DNA from: Chloroflexota bacterium
GTDB taxonomy: Bacteria; Chloroflexota; Dehalococcoidia; UBA2979
Length of the DNA: 64,000 bases
Direction: 5' to 3'
Assembly (NCBI GenBank): GCA_027593235.1
Contig: JAQCIU010000008.1
Coordinates: 32,001-96,000 of the forward strand
The notes under the pieces were generated by a model. That model searched no databases. It was given only the letters and a program-made list of their open reading frames with translations, and was not told the DNA's origin. Both the position numbers and the translations under genes were made by a program. Shown piece after piece: positions 39,509 to 49,359 of this stretch (positions within the stretch are counted from its first letter, which is position 1; each line of letters begins with the position of its first letter).

Positions 39509-40996
39509 CTACACGACGATGACAACGCCCTCACCAGCGGGGATACCGCCCGTGAATGCGTCGATGACCGCCTGGTTCACGAACGCCGGCGCACCGACGA
39601 CGTAGACGACGTATTTGCCACCAACGGTGAACGCAACCGAGAGTGCGCCCGAAGCCGCAGCGTCAATACCAAGCTGGTCAACCGTGCCACCGTTGTAGGT
39701 GGTGATGTTGAAGCCAGCTACCGGGTCCTTAGCGAAACCCTGGACCACCGCCACCGGAGCGGTGACGCCCGGGAGGACGATGCTCACCGCGGCAGCTACC
39801 GAGGTCTCGGTACCATTCGTCAGGACGTAGTCGAAGGTGTCGTTCCCCGTCGCCCCGAGCAGCGGCGTGTAGAGCACCCGCGACGTGCAGTTCGTCATCA
39901 CTTCGCCGACCTTGGCGAGTGCCACGTTGGTGCAGCTCGCAGTCGTCGGCGTTCCGAGGATCCCCTTAGTCGGGAGCTTCGTAAACGTGAACGCCGCAGT
40001 GGCTGCCACCTCGGTCGAGTCCGCGCCCACCAGCGAGACCAGGACCGGGATCGGCGTCGGAGACGTCGAAGAAACGGTGGCCGCAGCGGCCTCAACGACC
40101 GGCTTGTCGGTGATGATGGTCAGGCTCATCGTACCGGCGGTGCTGGCCTGGCCGTTAGCGGTCAACGTGAACTTGAACGAACCCGCGGCCGTGGTGGCCG
40201 CGGTACGCGTGAAGAGCGAAGTCGCGCTGTCGGTGTTCACACCGCTGATCATTGCGACGTACTCACCCACGACGTGAACGCCCGTGATGGAAGCCACCGT
40301 AAGAGTGTTCCCACTCTTCGCGGATACTGCCAGCACTTCCTGAGGACCACCAGACGGGTCGATGATCAGCTCAGCGCCAGCCGTTCCGCCAAAAACGAAG
40401 CCACTGGCGTCTGCAATGTTGATGAGCGTGGCGCCCTGCGCCACCGCGCCGATCGTGATCTGGCTGTAAACAGCCGGCCAGATGTCCGCACCGACTGCTG
40501 GCACAAGTGCCGTCGTACCCGCGCGGGCGCGCGTCACGCCGGTGAAGGACGTCGCCGTCTTCCCGGTGTAGTCGACGATCTCCAGCGCACCGGTGCTGGT
40601 GTCGCCGTTGCCGTCGTTGTCGATCAAGAGCGAGCCAGCGTCCGGGAACCCTTTCGTGGCGACGACCGTCAAGGTCTTGTCGGCCGCGATGCCCAGCGTC
40701 GCGATCGTCGTGGTCAGTGTCGCACAGGCCGCGTCGACCGGAGTCGCAGCGGTGCCGCCGAGAGCCGACGTAACCGCGAACGTACCGTTGTCACACGCTT
40801 CCTTGCCGGAAACGTGCGTCCCTTTGATGGTGACTGCGTTACCGGCAGTGGCGTTGTCGATCGTGGCCGCCGCGTCAGCTGTCGTGCCCTTGTCCGCGGA
40901 CACGCCCAAAGGCGCACTCGCGAAGAGCAGAACGACTGCTGCAGCGAACGCCACGGCGACGGCTAGACCGTACGCAGTGAATTTGTTCGTAATCAA
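39509..40996 (-). CDS. Secreted Ala/Thr/Gly/Val-rich surface (S-layer-like) protein
   Basis: Signal peptide, two related internal beta domains, Ig/cadherin-like YTP...DTFDY domain, C-terminal YVVGAPAFVN domain; TTG start with GGAGG. Confidence 0.75.
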   Translation of the reverse strand: MITNKFTAYGLAVAVAFAAAVVLLFASAPLGVSADKGTTADAAATIDNATAGNAVTIKGTHVSGKEACDNGTFAVTSALGGTAATPVDAACATLTTTIATLGIAADKTLTVVATKGFPDAGSLLIDNDGNGDTSTGALEIVDYTGKTATSFTGVTRARAGTTALVPAVGADIWPAVYSQITIGAVAQGATLINIADASGFVFGGTAGAELIIDPSGGPQEVLAVSAKSGNTLTVASITGVHVVGEYVAMISGVNTDSATSLFTRTAATTAAGSFKFTLTANGQASTAGTMSLTIITDKPVVEAAAATVSSTSPTPIPVLVSLVGADSTEVAATAAFTFTKLPTKGILGTPTTASCTNVALAKVGEVMTNCTSRVLYTPLLGATGNDTFDYVLTNGTETSVAAAVSIVLPGVTAPVAVVQGFAKDPVAGFNITTYNGGTVDQLGIDAAASGALSVAFTVGGKYVVYVVGAPAFVNQAVIDAFTGGIPAGEGVVIVV

Positions 40997-41459
40997 GCTT
41001 TCAATCCTCCGATTGAAATCGGTAGTTTCTGTGCCAATCCAATTAGCGGCTCTCCCTGCAGGCCTCCAGTCGCCGTGTTCGAGGCAAGCCGTACATCGCG
41101 ACGAGCTGTTGTGCCGCCGCTCGAGCTGAACGCCACAAGGGCTGCCCGATGCTCAACTTGTTCGAACTCATCCCGTTATCGCCGGATTCAGACAGCTACG
41201 CACAGCGCAGCCCAAGACAGAGCCCGGCACATGAATAGGAACGCGCCGGGGTCCGGGATGGTTAACACCATGTATGAGGAAAGTGATGGGGTCTACCCGG
41301 GGACACCCCCGAGATTCGGTGACCCGTTAACCGATCGGCCTGTGGTGACGTTATGACTATTGCGAGAGTGACGTCATCACCCGGGGTGCCGAGGCCTATA
41401 CTAGCCGCATCAGTTGAGACGCCTTCGGGCGCCAAGGCTGGGCGGGTATCGTCAAGCCG

Positions 41460-42116
41460 ATGCGCAGGGACTCCGCCGTGGGTGATTCGCCCCTCCCGTT
41501 AACAGTTGCTGAAGAGCGCGAGCATGTGCGCCGTTCCGCGTCGGGCGACCAGGTTTCGACCGGTCTCCTCTACGACGCATACGTCGCCCGGTTGTACCGG
41601 TACTGCCTCGCTCGTGTCGGCAACGAAACCGATGCCGAGGACCTTGCTGAAGAGATCTTCATCAAGGCCCTGGGTGCAATCGGCGGGTTTGAGTGGCGGG
41701 ATCTGGGTTCCAGCGACCGAAGTCCCTTCGGCGCGTGGCTCTTCCGCATCGCTCACAACCACGTCGCATCGCACCACCGGCGCGCAGCAGTACGCGGCCC
41801 TTCGTTCGAGGTTCCCGAGTGGATCCCGGACGACAGCCGCGGACCACAGGAGCTGGCTGAGATCCAGCTCACGATCGAGGAGGTCTTTGCGCTGGTGGAA
41901 CAACTACCGGACGCGCAGCGAGAGGTCATCCGCCTCCGCTTCGGTGCCGGGCTCAATGTCGCCGAGACCGCGGAAGCGCTCGACAAGCGGCAGAGCAATG
42001 TGAAGGTCCTCCAGCACAAGGCAGTGAAGCGTCTACGTGAGTTTCTGCTCGCACAGGCGGCTCAGACCAGCGGACCGGCAGCGGCCGGCAGGAATCGGAA
42101 TCAGGGCGAGCGATGA
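41460..42116 (+). CDS. ECF sigma-70 factor
   Basis: DAEDLAEEIF, AWLFRIAHN, LPDAQREVIRLRF, NVKVLQHKA. Confidence 0.93.
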   Translation: MRRDSAVGDSPLPLTVAEEREHVRRSASGDQVSTGLLYDAYVARLYRYCLARVGNETDAEDLAEEIFIKALGAIGGFEWRDLGSSDRSPFGAWLFRIAHNHVASHHRRAAVRGPSFEVPEWIPDDSRGPQELAEIQLTIEEVFALVEQLPDAQREVIRLRFGAGLNVAETAEALDKRQSNVKVLQHKAVKRLREFLLAQAAQTSGPAAAGRNRNQGER

Positions 42117-43075
42117 GCCAGGACCCGCGCAACAGTCGTTCCGAGGACAGGCGCTCCACGCGCCTCGATCTGATCGGCCTTGAGCCGGACGAGATCGAGG
42201 CCGCGCGACTCACTGAAATCCTCGCATCGGTTGAACAGGGAATCGAGCCCGATCTCGACCCCGCAGAAGATCCTGCCCTCGCTGCGTTGGCGCAGACCGC
42301 CCTTGTCCTCCGGCGCTCGTTGGAGGCGGCAAGCGCTCAGCAGTCGTTTGAGCGATTCCATCACCGTTCGCTCGCTCGCGTCATCGCAGCGACGCCGCAG
42401 CCCGCTCGGGTTCGGTCGGTAGAACACCGACGCGATTCACTGCTTCAGCGGTGGAACGGCTTGTTCACCTCACTGAGCGCAGCAGCCGCTGCATCGATCG
42501 CAACGTTTGTGGTGACCGTGCTCGCGGTGGGCGGTAGTGCGCCGGCACCCGGTCCGCTGTCCGTCCAGTCGGTAGCGCCGGATGGCACGGCGCTCGCGGC
42601 GAACGTGACCCCGATCGAGGTCCCGAGGGTCAACCTCACCGCTCTCTCGGTCTCGCAGCAAGTCTCGCTGTACGTAACACTCATCGAGCAGTTGAACGCT
42701 CTGAATGACGACGGGCTCCCCGCTGATGAGTCGCTCCTCAGGGACCTCGCGGACACGAGTGCGACGGTGAAACGCACGATCGAGCGCGATCACACGGTCA
42801 GCGGTGCCGATGCCTTCAGAGCGATGCATCGGACCTTCGAGGGCCAGCAGGCACTCGAGAAGGCAACCGTGGCATCCGAGGCTGACCAGCAGGTTCTGTT
42901 TACAGCCCAGGAGACAGCGGCGGGTGCCTACGTTACGGCTGCGCAGTTCCTCGGCGTTCCGGATCGGTTGCCTTCAGCGGGGGAGGCAGCCCAGGCACTT
43001 GCTCTTGAAGAGACGTCCGCTGAAGTCGCCGACTCAGAAGTCACCGAAGACCCGAGTCTCCTGCCTGAAGAGTAG
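42113..43075 (+). CDS. Putative membrane anti-sigma factor
   Basis: ATGA-coupled to the ECF gene; soluble N-terminus, one TM, helical C-domain. Confidence 0.65.
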   Translation: MSQDPRNSRSEDRRSTRLDLIGLEPDEIEAARLTEILASVEQGIEPDLDPAEDPALAALAQTALVLRRSLEAASAQQSFERFHHRSLARVIAATPQPARVRSVEHRRDSLLQRWNGLFTSLSAAAAASIATFVVTVLAVGGSAPAPGPLSVQSVAPDGTALAANVTPIEVPRVNLTALSVSQQVSLYVTLIEQLNALNDDGLPADESLLRDLADTSATVKRTIERDHTVSGADAFRAMHRTFEGQQALEKATVASEADQQVLFTAQETAAGAYVTAAQFLGVPDRLPSAGEAAQALALEETSAEVADSEVTEDPSLLPEE

Positions 43076-43086
43076 CCGCCGGCCAC

Positions 43087-44691
43087 CTAGCTCGAGCGGC
43101 CGAACAGCGCGACGACCAGATCGCCATCGTCGAATCGATCGAAGTCCTGGACGAACGCCGGCGCGCCGCGGATGTACACCTCCCACCGCTGCGTTGAAGC
43201 ATCGAGGCGGTAGAACGCCTCTGCGTCCACCAACCCCGTTAGCAGGTGCGCGAAACGCAGCGGGTAACCGTCTGGGCCTCCGTAGCGGAGCACCGCGAGC
43301 CCACCACGCGGCGGCAGCTCGCCCGCGAGCTGTGCCTCATCCGCTCCGACCGGAAGCAGTTCACCGAGGCGAACGAGGGTTCCGAGGGTGGCGCTACCCC
43401 GTGAGCTCCCGGCGACGCTCTGCGTCCGCTTCCGAAGCTCCGTAATCAATCCCTTGCTGTCCAACGAGGGGAACGCTTCTCCGAGGAGCGCGAGCATCCC
43501 GGCGACGTGCGGTGCCGAGGCCGACGTGCCCGTGAACGTCTCGCCCGCCCCGTTCACGCGACCGGTCGGCGCCAGCACCTCCGGCTTGAACCGCCCGTCG
43601 CTCGTCGGCCCGCGCGAGGAGAACGGCGCCTCCAATCCGGTACCCCCGAGGATCGCGCCGACCGAGAGCACCCCCGGGTGATCCGCCGGCTGCGAGAGCG
43701 ATCCCGCGGCCACCGCGATCGCGAGCGTGTCGCCGCGATCGGGGCTGCCGAGGACAAGCAGACTGATGCGGCGCGACGTAGTGGCGTCCGCCTCGACAAC
43801 GCGCGCCGAATACATGCCGGTCTTCGTCGCCAGCACCTGGAGGCTCTCGACGGGGTCGCCGCTACAGTTCTGGATATCGCGAGACGCGGCGACCAGCGCC
43901 CCATCAGGTCCGAAGAGCTCCAGGTCGTAGTCGTCACACGCGGCGCCCCACACCCCCTGCCAGCGGAGGGACGCGATCACCAGATCACCGGCGAGGAAGC
44001 GCCGCCCATCCAACTCCTGCGCCGGTGCGAATTCATGGATGGAATCGCCATCCACATCGGTGAACTGACCACCCCAGTGCTGTTGGGCCCAGTTCCCGCT
44101 CGCGACCGACCAGATCACCCCCGCGTCCACCGCGCGACCGACGATCCCATCGACGAGGCCCGTACCGTCGCCCGGGCCGGCGTGGATGAAGCCGAGCGAA
44201 AACGAGACAACGTCGACCTGCTCCGCGATCAGGAAATCGACCGCCTGCGACAGTTCGGCCTCGGTCTCGAAGTTCACGAGGTAGAGCTGCGCGCTCGGCG
44301 CCACCGCGTGCACGATCTCCGCGGCGCTCACCCCGTGATCGGTACCGGCACCCGGATCGCGATCCCGGCGGAACGACCGCGCCACCACCGTCTCCGGCAA
44401 ACTCACGCCGAGGGCGTCGCGGTACCCCTCGAACCCGGCGTCGATGATCGCAACCTTCTGCCCGTACCCGGTAAAGCCCGCCGACTGCCAGACATCCGCT
44501 CGGATCGGCTCAAGCGACGCTTCGACCTGCAACGGTACGAACAGCGGCGCCCGCTCAAGCGTGACCGCCGAATGCGTCGGGGAAGTTGTAGCGAGCGTCG
44601 GGGAGCCACTCCCGCGATCGCCAGACCCGGAACTCGCGATCGCGATCGACCACGCAACGACGCAAACCCCGATCACGAGGATTCGACGCAT
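43087..44691 (-). CDS. Secreted S8 (subtilisin-like) peptidase
   Basis: IIDAGF, DHG, GTSASAPHVAG, FSSRGP; C-terminal YIRGAPAFV domain. Confidence 0.92.
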   Translation of the reverse strand: MRRILVIGVCVVAWSIAIASSGSGDRGSGSPTLATTSPTHSAVTLERAPLFVPLQVEASLEPIRADVWQSAGFTGYGQKVAIIDAGFEGYRDALGVSLPETVVARSFRRDRDPGAGTDHGVSAAEIVHAVAPSAQLYLVNFETEAELSQAVDFLIAEQVDVVSFSLGFIHAGPGDGTGLVDGIVGRAVDAGVIWSVASGNWAQQHWGGQFTDVDGDSIHEFAPAQELDGRRFLAGDLVIASLRWQGVWGAACDDYDLELFGPDGALVAASRDIQNCSGDPVESLQVLATKTGMYSARVVEADATTSRRISLLVLGSPDRGDTLAIAVAAGSLSQPADHPGVLSVGAILGGTGLEAPFSSRGPTSDGRFKPEVLAPTGRVNGAGETFTGTSASAPHVAGMLALLGEAFPSLDSKGLITELRKRTQSVAGSSRGSATLGTLVRLGELLPVGADEAQLAGELPPRGGLAVLRYGGPDGYPLRFAHLLTGLVDAEAFYRLDASTQRWEVYIRGAPAFVQDFDRFDDGDLVVALFGRSS

Positions 44692-44735
44692 CCATGCTCC
44701 CGCTGGCGAGGCGCCGGTGGTGGGCAGTTCGACCG

Positions 44736-46289
44736 TTAGGTCGCGCGGCGCGCTCGTTCCACCCGGGAGTGTAACCGCGCCAGGCGATACTCGATGGCTG
44801 TCACCAGGCGCGCGCTGCGCCGCTGATCATGCCGCTGGAGTTGCGCCGCCACGTGCCGGGCCGCTGCCTCAGTGTGTGCGATCGCGCGTTCATAATCGCG
44901 CTGATCGTGCTCGTAGTACATCGCCAGTTCGATCAGCGGACCCAGTGGCGCACGCGCCGGGATCGCCAGCGCCTCGTGCCACAGTTGCGCCGCGAGGGCG
45001 CGTGCGCCCCGTCGCTTGTGCAGCGCCGCCAGCCGCAGCAGCGCCTCCTCGCGGACCATCGCCTCCTGCGAACCTCCGAGGGCCGGGCGACCCGCCGGCG
45101 CGTACGCGGTCCGCCCCGCGTAGGCTCGCGACACCACACTCGACCGCCCCGTCGACGGCGACTCGCCCGCCTCGGCGGCGGCGATCAACTGCGGATCCTC
45201 CGCTGCTGCGTCCGCCCGCCTCGCACGCTCCAGGTACGTGACCGCCCGGTCATCGAGGCCACGCGCGGCCAGCAGACGACCGAGCCCCAGCGCATCGCGC
45301 TGCCCCGGCGCGCGACCCGCATCGAGGTGTGCCGCATGCCACGCGAGCAGACCGACCATCCCCACCACGTCCAGTTCGTTGTGCTCGATGATCGGCGTCA
45401 GCATCCGCTGATCGCCGGTGCGCAGGAACCGGAAGTACCAGTGAGGCACCTCCGCCCCGGGAATGTCCTCGGACGGGCGCGTCATCCCCAGGATCTCGTG
45501 CTCCATCGTCGCGAGCTTGCAGTTGGGTAACAGCGACCGGTACCCCGTCCGCGCCGGTCGCAAGAGGTCGAGTTGCCGCAGACCGTAGAACCCGGCGCGC
45601 CGCCGATGCATCGTGGCCCGCTCGTCGAGCAATGGCGCGTCGAAGGTCCGCCCGTTGTAGGTGACCAGTACCGGATCGTCCGCGAAGCGAGCGTCCGCGA
45701 TCAGCGCCTCCAGCAATCCCGCTTCCTCCGGCGGCGATTCAGCGAGGTACTGCGCGAGCACGAGTTCGGTCGGCGCGCCCGCCGCGTCGACCTCAAAGCG
45801 CGCGGTCGCGACGAGGAACGCGATCGCGCCCGCACCGCCGAGGCCCGTGGTCTCGATATCGAGGAAGTAGAGGTCGCCGAGCGCTGCGTCCGCGAGCCCC
45901 TCCTCGGGCGCCAGTAGTTCCAGCGTTTCCGCCGAGAGCGCGGTGATCTCCGCGAGCGGCTGATGTCCCGCCTCGTGGCTCAGCGGGTAGCGCACCTCGC
46001 GGTACGTGAACGGGCCGCGCTCCGTCTCGCGTCGCGTCGCGCTCGCAAGCAGGTTCCGAGGTGCGCCCTCCTCGTACGGCACGGGCGCCGGATGCGGCTC
46101 CGGCACCCGGAGCCGCGGCGCGCGATTCTCGATGTCGGCAATCAGCGCGCGCAACCGGACGCGCGTCGCGGCCGCCTCGGCCACCGTCCGTGGACGCCGC
46201 GCATCGAGGCTCGCCGGCGCGCCCGAGTTGGAGCGATCGTCGGATCGCTTTTCCTCCGGAATGGCTGTCGCCTGCAGCGTTGTGATCAC
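44736..46289 (-). CDS. YprB/MrfB-like RNase H-fold exonuclease with TPR tail
   Basis: FLDIETTGL, VTYNGRTFDAP, HNELDV, ELAMYYEH; GTG overlaps the upstream stop. Confidence 0.88.
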   Translation of the reverse strand: MITTLQATAIPEEKRSDDRSNSGAPASLDARRPRTVAEAAATRVRLRALIADIENRAPRLRVPEPHPAPVPYEEGAPRNLLASATRRETERGPFTYREVRYPLSHEAGHQPLAEITALSAETLELLAPEEGLADAALGDLYFLDIETTGLGGAGAIAFLVATARFEVDAAGAPTELVLAQYLAESPPEEAGLLEALIADARFADDPVLVTYNGRTFDAPLLDERATMHRRRAGFYGLRQLDLLRPARTGYRSLLPNCKLATMEHEILGMTRPSEDIPGAEVPHWYFRFLRTGDQRMLTPIIEHNELDVVGMVGLLAWHAAHLDAGRAPGQRDALGLGRLLAARGLDDRAVTYLERARRADAAAEDPQLIAAAEAGESPSTGRSSVVSRAYAGRTAYAPAGRPALGGSQEAMVREEALLRLAALHKRRGARALAAQLWHEALAIPARAPLGPLIELAMYYEHDQRDYERAIAHTEAAARHVAAQLQRHDQRRSARLVTAIEYRLARLHSRVERARRAT

Positions 46290-46777
46290 AGCAGGTCGAG
46301 ATCGCCCGGCGAATGCCCGAGCGCCGTCAACATCAGCGCCGCCTCGCTGCGGTGCTGGGTGCCATGGTTCACGACGTGCAGCAGCGACTCCCACAACCAG
46401 CTGGTAACCGTGAAACCGTCGCGGCGCACCCGGCTTGGCTCCCGCGCGAAATCCGCATCGACGCCCAATGTCTCGAGGAAGGTGCTCGTGTCCGCCGCGA
46501 CCTCACGCCAGAAGGCGCGCACGGCCTCGAGGTCCGCATAGTCCGCGCCGAGGAAGCGCCGCTCCCACGAGTCCTCGCCCGACATCGAGCCGTTCCACCA
46601 ATCGAGGTGGACGCGCTGCGACGAGGCGAGGTGGACCAGCGTGTCGCGGAGCGAGGGCTGGCCCACGACGATCTCGCGGGTGAAGTCCTCGCGCGGGAGC
46701 GCCTCGCAGCAAGCGAGCACCCGCTCGGTCATCTCCTCGTGGTAGGCATACAGCCGCAATACCGCGTCCCGGATCAC
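46286..46777 (-). CDS. DinB family protein
   Basis: SLRDTLVH, LLHVVNHGTQHRSE, PGDLD. Confidence 0.88.
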   Translation of the reverse strand: MIRDAVLRLYAYHEEMTERVLACCEALPREDFTREIVVGQPSLRDTLVHLASSQRVHLDWWNGSMSGEDSWERRFLGADYADLEAVRAFWREVAADTSTFLETLGVDADFAREPSRVRRDGFTVTSWLWESLLHVVNHGTQHRSEAALMLTALGHSPGDLDLL

Positions 46778-46781
46778 GGGT

Positions 46782-49130
46782 CTACCCCGCCACCGCGGTC
46801 GCCAGCTCCGGGGCGGGCGCCAGCCCGCTGCTCGCGGTGAGGCGATCGAGCGCAGCCGTGACCAACGCCTTCGCGCTGAGGCCCGGAGCCGCCGGCGGAC
46901 CGACACAGCCCGGGCAGCCATCGTTACAGGCGCAGTCCGCCAGCATCGTCCGCGCCACCGCCAGCAGCTCCAACGTGTGCTCGAACAGGTGCTCGGAGAA
47001 CCCAACCCCGCCGGGCACGGACTCCCAGAGAAAGACCGTTGGCCGCCCGGTGTGCGGAGCCTTGATCTGGCTCTCCAGGTGGAGATCACGCGGGTCGCTC
47101 ATCAGCATCAGCGGCGCGACGTTGTGCAGGAGCTGGCCCAGACCGTGCAGCGCGCCCTCCACCATCGAGTTCCGCGCGCCCGCGACCAGGTCATCCGGCA
47201 GACTCAGCCAGAACGCGCTGGTGTGCATGTCGTCCTGCGGCAGACGAATCTTGCCCCACCCAATGTTCTCGTGCGTGCGCAAGCGGATCTTCTTGAAGAT
47301 CGTCGCCAGGTAAGTGATCCCGACCTCGCCGTGACCGTAGTTCGCCGGGGCATCTCGCGCGTCGAACTCGTTCAGCACCTTCAGGTCCACCGACAGGTGG
47401 GCATCCGTGTAGTAGTCGACATCCACCGCGTGGACGTAGGCCTTCAGCTCCTCCCAGTCGAGGCGATCGACGTGGTACTGGCGGCCGTCGTGCACGTAAA
47501 TCGCCTGATCGTGGACGAGCAATCGTGCGGCCGCCGGATCGATCTGCCCTATGACCGTTGCGTCGCGACTGCGTTCAATCTCGTGCCGCACCGGCGGCGC
47601 GCCATGATCGAGGATCACCACATTCTGATCCGGCCCGGACCGGAGCGACACCTCGTCAGCCGGGTACGCCTCGTTCATCCAGTACGCGCGCTCGCCCGCG
47701 AGGTGGATCAGCCCGCCCTCCTCCAGCGCATCCAGCAGTACCGCCGTGTGTTCGCCGAGGGCGCTGTGCTCGTCCGCCTCCACCGGCAGCTCGAAGACGG
47801 CGCACTTCAGGTGCTCGGCGGCGATCAGCGGGTTGTCCGGATCAATCAAGCCCGCCTCGACAGGCGCGCCGAACACGTAGTCCGGGTGGTTGACGACGTA
47901 CTGGTCCAGCGGCCCCGACCCCGCGATGAAGACCGCCAGCGAGCAGTCGGCCCGCCGCCCCGCGCGACCCGCCTGCTGCCAGAGGCTCGCGAGGGTGCCC
48001 GGGTATCCGGCGACCACCGTCGCATCGAGTCCACCGATGTCGATGCCGAGTTCGAGCGCGTTCGTTCCGACGACCGTCCGGATCTCGCCGCTGCGCAGCC
48101 CCGCCTCGATCGCTCGCCGTTCCTTCGGCAGGTACCCGGCGCGGTAGCCGCGCACCGGGTTGGGCGCGCCGGCATGGCGAGGTCGCCCGCCCGGCAACTC
48201 CCTCAGATAGGTCGTGAGCAGCTCGACGTTCGTGCGCGAGCCGGCGAACACCAGCGTCTGCGGACCGTGATCCTGGATCAGCGCTGCAATGTCGGTTGCG
48301 GACCGAATCACCCCGCGCCGGATCCCCAGTTCGGCGTTCACGACCGGCGGGTTGTAGAGCACCACGTGGCGCTCGCCCCGCGGCGCGCCGCTGTCGGCAA
48401 CCAGCGTGACCTCGTGACCGGTCAGCTCGCCGGCCAGCTCGGCCGGATTGCGGATCGTCGCGGAGCAACAGATGAAGGTGGGATCGGCGCCGTAGAACCG
48501 GCAGATGCGCTGCAGCCGCCGCAGCACGTTGCCCACGTGCGAGCCGAACACCCCGCGATAGGTGTGCAGTTCGTCGATCACGATGTAGCGGAGGTTCTCG
48601 AACAGCCGCACCCACTTCGTGTGGTGCGGAAGGATCGAGGTGTGGAGCATGTCCGGGTTCGTCAGCACCACGTGGCCCGCTGTGCGCACACGGCGGCGCT
48701 CGGCGGGCGCGGTGTCCCCGTCGTACGTGAACGTCTTGACGTCGATCTCCGCCTCGGTAATCAGCTCGTGCAGCTCGTTGAGCTGATCCTGGGCGAGCGC
48801 CTTGGTCGGAAAGAGGTACAACGCGCGCGCATCCGGGTCGCGCAGGATCGATTCCAGGACCGGCACGTTGTAGCAAAGCGTCTTGCCGGAAGCGGTCGGG
48901 GTGACGACCACTGTGTCCCGCCCCTCCAGCGCCAACTCGATCGCGCGTGCCTGGTGCGTATACGGACGCTGAATCCCTCGCCGCGCCAGGGCCTCGATAA
49001 CGCGCGTATCCAGGTTCGCCGGCCACTGCTCGTAGCGCGGTGGCTCAGCCGCCAGCACGCGCCACTCAACCACGTTGGGGGCGAGGCTGGGATCAGTGCG
49101 GAGTTCCTGGATCGCGTCGGCGAGGGACAT
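46782..49130 (-). CDS. YprA/MrfA (Hrq1-like) DEAH helicase with DUF1998
   Basis: PTASGKT, PTKALAQDQ, DELH, SAT, LELGIDIG, QAGRAGR, CACNDGCPGC. Confidence 0.95.
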   Translation of the reverse strand: MSLADAIQELRTDPSLAPNVVEWRVLAAEPPRYEQWPANLDTRVIEALARRGIQRPYTHQARAIELALEGRDTVVVTPTASGKTLCYNVPVLESILRDPDARALYLFPTKALAQDQLNELHELITEAEIDVKTFTYDGDTAPAERRRVRTAGHVVLTNPDMLHTSILPHHTKWVRLFENLRYIVIDELHTYRGVFGSHVGNVLRRLQRICRFYGADPTFICCSATIRNPAELAGELTGHEVTLVADSGAPRGERHVVLYNPPVVNAELGIRRGVIRSATDIAALIQDHGPQTLVFAGSRTNVELLTTYLRELPGGRPRHAGAPNPVRGYRAGYLPKERRAIEAGLRSGEIRTVVGTNALELGIDIGGLDATVVAGYPGTLASLWQQAGRAGRRADCSLAVFIAGSGPLDQYVVNHPDYVFGAPVEAGLIDPDNPLIAAEHLKCAVFELPVEADEHSALGEHTAVLLDALEEGGLIHLAGERAYWMNEAYPADEVSLRSGPDQNVVILDHGAPPVRHEIERSRDATVIGQIDPAAARLLVHDQAIYVHDGRQYHVDRLDWEELKAYVHAVDVDYYTDAHLSVDLKVLNEFDARDAPANYGHGEVGITYLATIFKKIRLRTHENIGWGKIRLPQDDMHTSAFWLSLPDDLVAGARNSMVEGALHGLGQLLHNVAPLMLMSDPRDLHLESQIKAPHTGRPTVFLWESVPGGVGFSEHLFEHTLELLAVARTMLADCACNDGCPGCVGPPAAPGLSAKALVTAALDRLTASSGLAPAPELATAVAG

Positions 49131-49211
49131 GGCTGCGCACACTCCTCGGTGGGCGCACCGTACTCGACAAGCCGCGCCTACCTCGAGTGCTGCGCGGCCC
49201 CGCTCCGCGTC

Positions 49212-49266
49212 AGCACGGATGTTCTGTAGCGCACGATGGTAGTGGTAGCACAGGTGTTCTTGTCAA
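49212..49266 (-). promoter_or_regulatory. Two LexA (SOS)-like boxes beside a TTGACA -35 element
   Basis: AGAAC-N4-GTGCT on the minus strand at 49212-49225 and 49247-49260; TTGACA at 49261-49266. Confidence 0.7.
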
Positions 49267-49359
49267 GGCGGCAGATCACCCTCGGTGCTGCGATCGGGGA
49301 ACCGGCACCGGGAGATGCGATCACGGGTGAACCGGCACGGGAACTCGCGACTGCAAGGC

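Noticed and set aside
38618-40966. Long antisense ORFs (also 3236..5122, 46977..49229, 60721..62244)
   Set aside because: Shadow frames of real genes in high-GC DNA, with no recognisable motifs.
46782-49130. DUF1998 helicase as a DISARM/Druantia defence gene
   Set aside because: Helicase and DUF1998 are in one chain and paired with a YprB-like exonuclease, which fits MrfAB repair; no methylase or drm partner genes are nearby.
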